DNA from: Candidatus Magasanikiibacteriota bacterium
GTDB lineage: Bacteria; Patescibacteriota; Patescibacteriia; Magasanikbacterales; 2-02-FULL-50-9b
Length of the DNA stretch: 62,031 nucleotides
Assembly (NCBI GenBank): GCA_023246755.1
Contig: JAHFHU010000006.1
Location: 1 to 62,031 of the forward strand
Direction of reading: 5' to 3'
Both the position numbers and the translations under genes were made by a program. The notes below the pieces were generated by a model. The model was given only the letters and a program-made list of their open reading frames with translations, had not been told where the DNA came from and searched no databases. Below, one piece after another: positions 16,126-23,127 of the stretch. Each line of letters opens with the position of its first letter. Positions within the stretch are counted from its first letter, which is position 1.

Positions 16126-16830
16126 TTGGAAACTATGGAACCTGTGTGGAATGTCGCTGCTGTTTGGCGACGTTTCCCCCAGAGGTGTTGTATGGCTCAT
16201 GAAGGTTTGGCAATTACGGTTCCGTCCTTGCGCATCGCGCCCGTGCGCGTCGGTGCAACGCGGGTGATCGACGTGCGCGCGGTGCATGCGCGGGTTTTGT
16301 GGGATTCTGGTTGGGGCCGCGGTGGCCGTTTTCAGAATTTCGCGGCATACCTCGCGACGATTCCACCGATCCCGCGTCCTCCCGTGGATGTTCGGTTTAA
16401 TCAGCTCGTGCTGGTTGATCGGTCGGTGCTGCTGACGGCTGCTTGTCGGTTGCTTGGTATTTCGTATGGCGGCGATGACTCGGTGTTTGATTTGTATGAT
16501 GGCGGTTGCGCATCGGCGCGTTTGCCCGAAGTGTATTGGATTTGGGTCCAGAGCGGCCGGGAAAATCGCGGGCTCACGCCGTACGAATGCGTGCACATGT
16601 TTGGAAATCGCGAAATGGGACTCACCGCGTTTGAAGGCGTGAGTTTTTTCGCGACGCACTCTGAACTTCTGAACCATCACGCGATTGATTTGGTTGCTTC
16701 GCGGCTTGGTTCATATCCCGCGTACAATGCATGCCTTTTGCTTGGCGACGATGGCGCCCCAACGCTTGGCGTTGCGGAGTACTGCGTTGGCGCAGCGCGC
16801 CGCGGCACTGCTTCACGGTTCGCGTACTAA
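16126..16830 (+). CDS. Hypothetical protein; markedly GC-rich orphan
   Basis: 234-aa ORF (alternative start ATG 16192) followed by a strong terminator. The amino-acid composition is protein-like, unlike the Arg/His-rich antisense ORF 15994-16680. I recognise no family. Confidence 0.5.
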   Translation: METMEPVWNVAAVWRRFPQRCCMAHEGLAITVPSLRIAPVRVGATRVIDVRAVHARVLWDSGWGRGGRFQNFAAYLATIPPIPRPPVDVRFNQLVLVDRSVLLTAACRLLGISYGGDDSVFDLYDGGCASARLPEVYWIWVQSGRENRGLTPYECVHMFGNREMGLTAFEGVSFFATHSELLNHHAIDLVASRLGSYPAYNACLLLGDDGAPTLGVAEYCVGAARRGTASRFAY

Positions 16831-16851
16831 CTCGCGCGGCCGAAGTTTGAT

Positions 16852-16895
16852 CGCTGCTTCGTGAAACTAACTTTTCACGAAGCAGCGGGTTTTTA
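16852..16895 (+). terminator. Rho-independent terminator
   Basis: Perfect 15-bp stem CGCTGCTTCGTGAAA / TTTCACGAAGCAGCG (16852-16866 and 16873-16887), 6-nt loop, then GGTTTTT. Confidence 0.85.
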
Positions 16896-16899
16896 ATTG

Positions 16900-16927
16900 T
16901 TGACAGCGAAAATCACTTTGCTATACT
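16900..16927 (+). promoter_or_regulatory. Sigma70-like promoter (TTGACA-16 nt-TATACT)
   Basis: TTGACA at 16900-16905 and TATACT at 16922-16927, upstream of ORF 16959. Confidence 0.6.
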
Positions 16928-16958
16928 CAAAATAATTATTCATATTTTTAAAATCACT

Positions 16959-17219
16959 ATGGGGGTGTTTTCAGATACAAAGATGGTCGTGGCGCCAGAG
17001 CCAACTAGCACGTTTGAGGCGTACATGATTCAGTTTGCGCAGCGCGCAACGGTGGAGTTCGTGAATTTGCATCAATCGATCGATGATCTTGCGGAATCGA
17101 TTGCATTTGTTGCAAGCACAATATTGACTAAGGAAGAATTTAGGAAATGTCTGAATTCCGCTAAGTCAGAATTACGAGAGGACATTGCTAATTCTGAACA
17201 TTACACCCCACATCGATGA
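16959..17219 (+). CDS. Hypothetical small protein (86 aa)
   Basis: The ORF is preceded by a near-consensus promoter. The sequence is acidic and predicted helical. No family recognised. Confidence 0.45.
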   Translation: MGVFSDTKMVVAPEPTSTFEAYMIQFAQRATVEFVNLHQSIDDLAESIAFVASTILTKEEFRKCLNSAKSELREDIANSEHYTPHR

Positions 17220-17245
17220 CAAAGTCATCACGCAAAACGCATACC

Positions 17246-17274
17246 TTGACAGTCTGAATTCCCCCTGCTAGTAT
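17246..17274 (+). promoter_or_regulatory. Sigma70-like promoter of the Fe-S operon (TTGACA-17 nt-TAGTAT)
   Basis: TTGACA at 17246-17251 and TAGTAT at 17269-17274. Confidence 0.6.
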
Positions 17275-17275
17275 T

Positions 17276-17296
17276 TGCATACCTCGACGGTATGCA
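17276..17296. promoter_or_regulatory. Perfect palindrome TGCATACC-tcgac-GGTATGCA; candidate Rrf2 operator
   Basis: Two 8-bp arms at 17276-17283 and 17289-17296. The site lies between the -10 box and ATG 17300 of the Rrf2 gene. Confidence 0.5.
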
Positions 17297-17299
17297 TTT

Positions 17300-17716
17300 A
17301 TGGCAATGACCCTCAACCGCCAAACAGACTATGCGCTGCAGTTTCTGTCTGCGCTGGCTCGCCTCCAAACAGGCGAGAGTTTGGCGCTCTCAATTTTTGC
17401 CAAAAAAGGGCGCGTTTCTTTTCTTTTTATGCAGCGGATTAGCGCAAAACTTCGCGCGGCGGGTTTGGTGAAGGCAGAAAAAGGCCGCAAAGGCGGGTAT
17501 CAGCTAGCGCGGGCAGCAGCTACGATCACCGTGCTCGACGTTTCGCGCGCGCTCGAGGGCGACATGGCCGTGGTGCCGTGCCTCAAATCCGGCGACACCT
17601 CGTGCCCACACGCAGCCGTGTGCATGACGCGCACGAATTTTCACACCATCAACGCGTATATCCAACAATATCTCAAAACAATTTCCATTCAAGAATTAAT
17701 TGGCCCTGCCGTATGA
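17300..17716 (+). CDS. Rrf2-family transcriptional regulator (IscR/NsrR-like, three-Cys cluster)
   Basis: The N-terminal winged-HTH segment MTLNRQTDYALQFLSALA is typical of Rrf2. The Cys cluster is VPCLKSGDTSCPHAAVC. Confidence 0.85.
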   Translation: MAMTLNRQTDYALQFLSALARLQTGESLALSIFAKKGRVSFLFMQRISAKLRAAGLVKAEKGRKGGYQLARAAATITVLDVSRALEGDMAVVPCLKSGDTSCPHAAVCMTRTNFHTINAYIQQYLKTISIQELIGPAV

Positions 17717-19017
17717 AATTACCTGACATTCCAAAACGCATCGTTTATTTAGATCACGCGGCAACAACACCAACGGATGCGCGCGTTGTTGAGGCGATGC
17801 TGCCCTATTTTACGGAAAATTTTGGAAATCCGAGCGGATTGTATGCCACCGCGCGCGAAGGGGCAGACGCGCTCTCGGGTGCGCGCGAGCGTATTGCGAA
17901 AATTTTGAATTGCGGGCCGAGCGAAATTATTTTTACGGGCGGCGGAACAGAAAGTGATAACCTTGCGCTGTTTGGCGTTGCACGAAAATATGGCGCAAAT
18001 CCAAAGTGGGGAAAACACATTATCACGTCGCAGATTGAACATCACGCGGTGCTCCTTCCGACCGAAGTTTTGAAAAAAGAAGGTTTTGAAATTACCGAAG
18101 TTGGGGTGAATTCTGATGGCGAAGTTTCGGTCGATGCGGTTATCGCGGCGATCAAAAAAGAAACGGTTTTGATTTCGATCATGTACGCGAACAATGAAGT
18201 CGGGACGATTGAGCCGATTGCGGAAATCGGTCGCGCGCTTGCTAAATGGAAAAAAGAGAATGGCCGCGGTCCAACCGAACCGCCATTTTTCCACACCGAC
18301 GCGTGCCAAGCGGCCGGTGCGCTTTCGCTTGACATCGCGCAGCTCCACGTTGACCTCATGACGCTGAACGGCAGCAAAATTTATGGGCCAAAAGGCGTTG
18401 GATTATTGTATTGCCGGCGCGGCGTTGGACTTTTGCCGCACATTGTTGGTGGCGGTCAAGAAAACCGAATGCGCAGCGGCACGGAAAATGTGCCGGCGAT
18501 TGTCGGGCTCGCGTGTGCGCTCGAACTCGTGAGCGAACATCGCGATGCGGAAAATGCGCGCCTTGCCGAGCTGCGCGATTATTTGTGGCGCGAAATTCAG
18601 GCGCGTGTGCCAAAAGTTGTTTTGAACGGACACCCAAGCAATCGTTTGCCGAACAATTTGAATTTTACGGTTTTGGATATTGAAGGCGAGGCAGCGCTTT
18701 TGTATCTCGACGAGTACGGCATCGCGATTTCGACCGGCTCGGCATGTACGTCGACGTCGCTCGACCCATCGCACGTGATTCTCGCGATGGGTAAGCCGTA
18801 CGAATATGCACACGGCTCGCTCCGTTTTACTTTGGGACATTCAACAACGCGCGAAGATATTGATCATGTGCTTACGGTATTGCCGCCCGTGGTTGCACTG
18901 CTCCGCTCAATCTCGCCGATTAATTTGTCGCTCGATCAAAAACAAGATGATATCGCGATGCGCGGCGCGTTCGTGACTGATGGCACGCCGCATTGGATGC
19001 AGAAGTCATCTAAATAA
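17713..19017 (+). CDS. nifS: Cysteine desulfurase (NifS/IscS class, PLP-dependent)
   Basis: YLDHAATTP at the N-terminus, PLP-Lys context NGSKIYGPKGVG, and active-site loop STGSACTS. ATG 17713 overlaps the Rrf2 stop (ATGA). Confidence 0.9.
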   Translation: MKLPDIPKRIVYLDHAATTPTDARVVEAMLPYFTENFGNPSGLYATAREGADALSGARERIAKILNCGPSEIIFTGGGTESDNLALFGVARKYGANPKWGKHIITSQIEHHAVLLPTEVLKKEGFEITEVGVNSDGEVSVDAVIAAIKKETVLISIMYANNEVGTIEPIAEIGRALAKWKKENGRGPTEPPFFHTDACQAAGALSLDIAQLHVDLMTLNGSKIYGPKGVGLLYCRRGVGLLPHIVGGGQENRMRSGTENVPAIVGLACALELVSEHRDAENARLAELRDYLWREIQARVPKVVLNGHPSNRLPNNLNFTVLDIEGEAALLYLDEYGIAISTGSACTSTSLDPSHVILAMGKPYEYAHGSLRFTLGHSTTREDIDHVLTVLPPVVALLRSISPINLSLDQKQDDIAMRGAFVTDGTPHWMQKSSK

Positions 19018-19029
19018 TCCGTTTATGGC

Positions 19030-19134
19030 TCAAATATTTAAAATTTCGGCTGCAACAAACTCAAGACTCAGCGTAATAGTCCCGCTATTCCTTCTCCTCT
19101 TTCATTTGTTTCGCTCAAAATTTTAAATATTTGA
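19030..19134. repeat. 17-bp perfect inverted repeat pair flanking a 71-bp spacer in the nifS-nifU intergenic region
   Basis: Arm 1 TCAAATATTTAAAATTT (19030-19046) is the exact reverse complement of arm 2 AAATTTTAAATATTTGA (19118-19134). Confidence 0.8.
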
Positions 19135-19176
19135 CTCACAAGTGATTATCTAGATGACTTCATAAAAAATAATTAT

Positions 19177-19860
19177 ATGGATGATACAAACGCAACACCA
19201 ATTTCAACAAGCGACATGCAAAGTTCAGATGTCGTGAATCCGCACACCAAACAAAAGTGGGCATATTCGGCGATCGTGAAAGAACATTTTTTTCATCCGA
19301 AAAATTTATTGCTCGAAGAACCGGTTGAAGGGCAGTTTGATGCGCGCGGTACGGTGGGTTCGCCAGCATGCGGAGACGTTATGGACATCTGGATCAAAGT
19401 CGATAAAAATTCTGATCGCGTGACTGAATTAAAATGGAAAACATTTGGATGCGGCAGTGCGATTGCAGCAACATCAATGTTTTCAGAAATGGTTACGGAA
19501 AATGGCGGCGCAAAAATTGAAGATGCGCTTAAAATCAAACCACAAGATATTATGGAACGCCTCGGCGGTCTTCCAAATCGGAAAATTCATTGCAGCGTTT
19601 TGGCCGACAAAGCATTTCGCAAAGCCGTGAACAATTATTTTCATGCAACCGGCCAGCACAGCCGCGTGGAAGTTGAAGGCGCGCGTGTGGTTGATGCGCG
19701 CATGAACATCACGGACAAAGACATCGAAGAAGCGGTGCTCGAAGGCGCGCAAACACTCGAAGATGTGCAGAAAAAATTAAAAGTTGGCGTCGGTGATCCA
19801 GAGTCGATTCCGGAAATCGAACAGCTCATCCGATTTTACAGCGAGAAGTATTACGGGTAA
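19177..19860 (+). CDS. nifU: NifU/IscU-type Fe-S cluster scaffold with a C-terminal BFD-like extension lacking Cys
   Basis: Three scaffold Cys contexts: GSPACGD, FGCGSAIA and KIHCSVLA. The C-terminal ~70 aa (ITDKDIEEAVLEGAQTLEDVQKKLKVG) resembles a BFD-like domain but contains no cysteines. Confidence 0.85.
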   Translation: MDDTNATPISTSDMQSSDVVNPHTKQKWAYSAIVKEHFFHPKNLLLEEPVEGQFDARGTVGSPACGDVMDIWIKVDKNSDRVTELKWKTFGCGSAIAATSMFSEMVTENGGAKIEDALKIKPQDIMERLGGLPNRKIHCSVLADKAFRKAVNNYFHATGQHSRVEVEGARVVDARMNITDKDIEEAVLEGAQTLEDVQKKLKVGVGDPESIPEIEQLIRFYSEKYYG

Positions 19861-19890
19861 ACTGAATGCATACGAAATAATCAGATCATT

Positions 19891-20220
19891 ATGCTCGAAC
19901 AACCATTGTCTGACGCTGAAATTTTATTTCAAAAACGTTTGAATTCGTGTGGCCCGTCAATTCGAACACGACTTGCAGAGTTCGTACGGATGACACGCGA
20001 GTGGAACGAGGGCACTGGTAAGCGTGACAAAGAAGTTTCAATGAAATACGGAAGGGCGGGAATTGAGGATCTATTAACAACCGACCGCTATACGATCAGC
20101 GCAATTGCCATTTCAGATTTTGAAGGGGGAAAACCTGAAGTGCGTGTTACGATCGATGGTGGAGTTGAAATGATTATCCAGGGCGCGAGCGCGCAGCAAA
20201 TTATTGACCTGACAAAATAA
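19891..20220 (+). CDS. Hypothetical protein (109 aa) embedded in the Fe-S operon
   Basis: The ORF is tightly packed between nifU and the ferredoxin gene. No family recognised. Confidence 0.5.
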   Translation: MLEQPLSDAEILFQKRLNSCGPSIRTRLAEFVRMTREWNEGTGKRDKEVSMKYGRAGIEDLLTTDRYTISAIAISDFEGGKPEVRVTIDGGVEMIIQGASAQQIIDLTK

Positions 20221-20221
20221 T

Positions 20222-20458
20222 ATGGAAGAACCTCCAAAGAAAAAAATCGCAAAAATTATTGTTGATCGCGACGCGTGCATCGGCGCGGCGAGCTGTGTTG
20301 CTGTTGCGGGCCGCACGTATTACATGGACGATGAAAATAAAGCAGTCGTAATCGAGCCATGGGGTGATGACGATGAAATGGTACTGCTTTCAGCGCAAGC
20401 GTGTCCGACGCTCGCGATCAAGCTTATTGACGAAGACGGCAATCAGATTTATCCGTAA
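20222..20458 (+). CDS. Small single-cluster ferredoxin
   Basis: DRDACIGAASCVAVAG ... ACP pattern (CxxxxxC...CP), typical of 7-8 kDa [3Fe-4S]/[4Fe-4S] ferredoxins. Confidence 0.75.
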   Translation: MEEPPKKKIAKIIVDRDACIGAASCVAVAGRTYYMDDENKAVVIEPWGDDDEMVLLSAQACPTLAIKLIDEDGNQIYP

Positions 20459-20546
20459 ATTGATTGAGTTTCTATCTGCGACGAACAACTTATGCTCGAT
20501 CGTATGCAACAGCTATTTAAAATAGCGGATGACATGATGAAATTTA

Positions 20547-20574
20547 TTGACTAACTCCGTCATTTGTTTAATAC
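20547..20574 (+). promoter_or_regulatory. Possible promoter (TTGACT-16 nt-TAATAC)
   Basis: TTGACT at 20547-20552 and TAATAC at 20569-20574, upstream of ATG 20584. Confidence 0.35.
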
Positions 20575-20583
20575 TGAACACAT

Positions 20584-22200
20584 ATGAAAAGTTCTTTTGT
20601 AAAATTTGTTTTTATAAACGTGAGCTGTGTTTTATTAGCTCTTCCGCTCACCTCATTTGCGGCAGCGCCGGAACAGATGGTTTACAAGAAAAATTTATTA
20701 GAGATGCCTTCATATTCAGTTGATCTGGCAACTGTTGGAACACACAGCCCGCGAACGAAGTTACTGCTTGCGGGTGCACAGGTGAATAGTGGACGTGTAG
20801 CCGCGCTTTTTGCGCGTGTGCCTTTAGCTTCTGTCGATGCAGCTGTACAGCAAACTAAAAAAGAGTTTGAAAAAGTTTTCGCAAAACATCCTGATATTAT
20901 AAAGAAAACCACGGATGAAATTCTAGCGTCGTTATCTGATAAAAGTGTCACAGAGACAGAAAGTAAGTACAGGGCCTTCAGTGATGACATAGAGCAAAAT
21001 AAATTTTTTGATAAGCCGGTGAATCCTATCAGCACACTTACTCAAAGCAAGGGCGTTACCTTTGCTTTTGCGATATGGCCAGTGAATAATCCGAATAATA
21101 TTAAGATTGTGGAAGTCGCGGATGCCGTAGAACTTGATCCAATATTGGTTGAACAGTTTATAGGTTCACGGATGAAGAAAAATTCGATGCCGCTTCAGCC
21201 TCCTATTAGGTGGTCACTCGGCCCCTCATATTTGTTGTGGTCGGTTCGTCAAACAATTGATGGTGAACCACTTGATAGGACTCGGGCGGTTTCATTGCGC
21301 CGCTATACATTTGCAACAGAGAAAGCAGAGATCTTGTGGACGAATGACACGGCGATAGCTTGGGTAGGTGGCGAGGAATATCGTGATATTGATGAATTTG
21401 TATCTCACTACAATGCAATCGAACTAACCGCGCTTCATCGAGAAAATAACAATAAGGGCACCATACACTTTGTTCCACTTCGATGGAGTGAATCAAAAAA
21501 CAAAATTGTTGATGTATCTGATGGTTTTAAAAAGCTCAAGTCGTCGTACTATTATTCAAAATACGATGCAATTTTTGGTTCGCATTATATCATTTTACCG
21601 GTACTTCGTGGCAATAAATACAGTCACGCAGTAGTGTATGATACACAAACAGGTAAAGATAGTATTTTGCGTGTTCCGGGTGTTAAAGAATTGTTGTTTC
21701 CATCTGCGTGCCAATTTTACGGTGAGTCGTTGACATGTCAATTACTTGGTACAAAAGTCGGCACGCAGCAAATTATTGTTTACGATATGAAATCAAAAAG
21801 GACACAAGAATTTTCCGCGCCAATACGAAGTTTGCTTCCTGCGGAGAATGAAAAAACAGAATTGATATATCGATTTTATGATGATCAAGTCTCACAAAGC
21901 CAAACGGGTATTTTTGATGTGAGTACAAAAAAAATGTATAAAATTCAAACATCCTCTCCGTTATCACCGGTTGCTGGTTTCGATTCTACTGATTATGTAG
22001 GTTACACCGCTGGGTATTTTGTGAATGTCTCACAAAAAAGTGCGACTAATTATAAGCCAATTACTGAGTGGAAGGAACCACCTAGAACTATATCGATTCA
22101 AGATATGTATGTTGGCATGATTTATTTGAATGATCAAAATAATTTCGAAGCATTGTTCGCAAGTAATCCCGTTATCTCGGTTTATAAATTACAAAAATAA
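20584..22200 (+). CDS. Secreted hypothetical protein (538 aa), AT-rich
   Basis: Signal peptide FINVSCVLLALPLTSFAAAP. No recognisable catalytic motif. Visibly lower GC than its neighbours. Confidence 0.6.
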   Translation: MKSSFVKFVFINVSCVLLALPLTSFAAAPEQMVYKKNLLEMPSYSVDLATVGTHSPRTKLLLAGAQVNSGRVAALFARVPLASVDAAVQQTKKEFEKVFAKHPDIIKKTTDEILASLSDKSVTETESKYRAFSDDIEQNKFFDKPVNPISTLTQSKGVTFAFAIWPVNNPNNIKIVEVADAVELDPILVEQFIGSRMKKNSMPLQPPIRWSLGPSYLLWSVRQTIDGEPLDRTRAVSLRRYTFATEKAEILWTNDTAIAWVGGEEYRDIDEFVSHYNAIELTALHRENNNKGTIHFVPLRWSESKNKIVDVSDGFKKLKSSYYYSKYDAIFGSHYIILPVLRGNKYSHAVVYDTQTGKDSILRVPGVKELLFPSACQFYGESLTCQLLGTKVGTQQIIVYDMKSKRTQEFSAPIRSLLPAENEKTELIYRFYDDQVSQSQTGIFDVSTKKMYKIQTSSPLSPVAGFDSTDYVGYTAGYFVNVSQKSATNYKPITEWKEPPRTISIQDMYVGMIYLNDQNNFEALFASNPVISVYKLQK

Positions 22201-22210
22201 TCGTGATTTA

Positions 22211-22238
22211 TTGCGCTTTATGTTTGTTGTGCTATAAT
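22211..22238 (+). promoter_or_regulatory. Promoter with an extended -10 element (TTGCGC-16 nt-TGcTATAAT)
   Basis: TTGCGC at 22211-22216, TG at 22230-22231 and TATAAT at 22233-22238. ATG at 22258. Confidence 0.55.
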
Positions 22239-22257
22239 TTGGCATCAAATTTCTGTA

Positions 22258-22926
22258 ATGAAACTCTTCATCGTCGCAACGCCCATCGGAAATCTCCAAG
22301 ACCTCACGGCGCGCGCACGTGAAACTTTATCGTCAGTGCCGCTCGTCTTCGCCGAAGATACACGCGTGACAGCAAAACTTCTCGCGCACATCGGTGCAAC
22401 GCCGCGTGTCGTTGCGCTCCACCACCACACCGAAGGCGCAGCGCTCGAACGTGCGATTAAAGAATTGGAAAAGGCCGACGAAGCCGCGCTCGTCTCCGAC
22501 GCCGGCACACCTGGAATTTCAGATCCGGGTAATCAATTCATCCGCGTGCTGCTTGATCGCGGTGTTGACATCGCAATCGTCCCAATCCCGGGTGCATCAA
22601 GCATCACCGCGGCGCTTTCCATTTGTGGCTTTGCAACGGACCGATTTCGCGTACTCGGATTTGCTCCACATAAAAATAAACGCAACAAATTTTTTGATGA
22701 GGTTGCGGCGACTGCGGAGACCATCGTACTTCTCGAAGCGGTGCATCGCATCAAAAAAACGTTGACCGACATCGCGCGCGTCGTGCCGACACGCAAGCTC
22801 GTGGTCGCGCGAGAGCTTACAAAAATTTACGAAACAGTGTATCGTGGAACTGCGGCCGAGATCATAAAAAAACTCGCGCCCGCAGAAACAAAAGGGGAGT
22901 TTGTTATCATTATTTCACCACAATAA
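22258..22926 (+). CDS. rsmI: 16S rRNA (cytidine1402-2'-O)-methyltransferase RsmI
   Basis: ATPIGNLQDLTARA, FAEDTRVT, VSDAGTPGISDPG, PIPGASS, RELTKIYE and KGEFVIII match the RsmI/tetrapyrrole-methylase fold signature. Confidence 0.9.
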   Translation: MKLFIVATPIGNLQDLTARARETLSSVPLVFAEDTRVTAKLLAHIGATPRVVALHHHTEGAALERAIKELEKADEAALVSDAGTPGISDPGNQFIRVLLDRGVDIAIVPIPGASSITAALSICGFATDRFRVLGFAPHKNKRNKFFDEVAATAETIVLLEAVHRIKKTLTDIARVVPTRKLVVARELTKIYETVYRGTAAEIIKKLAPAETKGEFVIIISPQ

Positions 22927-22927
22927 T

Positions 22928-23125
22928 ATGGCAGATGCACATGGCGCCGGTCACGGCGGAGCGCATAAGAAAAAACCAGCGGGCGGCGGCGGTCACGGCG
23001 CGGGGGGGCACGGAAGCTCCGAAGGCCCCTCGGGTTGGGTGCTCGTTGTTGGCGCAATCATCGCGGTTGTGATGATGTATCTTTTTTATAGCGGCTCAAT
23101 TGGTCCGACAGAAATAAATTATTAG
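22928..23125 (+). CDS. Small His/Gly-rich single-pass membrane protein (65 aa)
   Basis: MADAHGAGHGGAHKKKPAGGGGHGAGGHGSSEGPSG followed by the TM helix WVLVVGAIIAVVMMYLFY. Wedged between rsmI (2-nt gap) and metG (2-nt gap). Confidence 0.5.
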   Translation: MADAHGAGHGGAHKKKPAGGGGHGAGGHGSSEGPSGWVLVVGAIIAVVMMYLFYSGSIGPTEINY

Positions 23126-23127
23126 GT

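Noticed and set aside
15994-16680. 228-aa minus-strand ORF overlapping the GC-rich gene at 16126-16830.
   Set aside because: Its extreme Arg/His/Thr/Pro composition is typical of the antisense frame of a GC-rich gene. The + strand ORF has protein-like composition and a terminator in the right place.
17749-18840. Several 90-200-aa minus-strand ORFs opposite nifS.
   Set aside because: They are antisense to a gene with unambiguous cysteine desulfurase motifs, and their compositions are Arg-rich.
20492-20554. 20-codon ORF MLDRMQQLFKIADDMMKFID in the ferredoxin-to-orphan spacer.
   Set aside because: It is too short and has no supporting signal (no SD, no coupled context). It overlaps the putative promoter of the next gene, so it is not reported as a feature.
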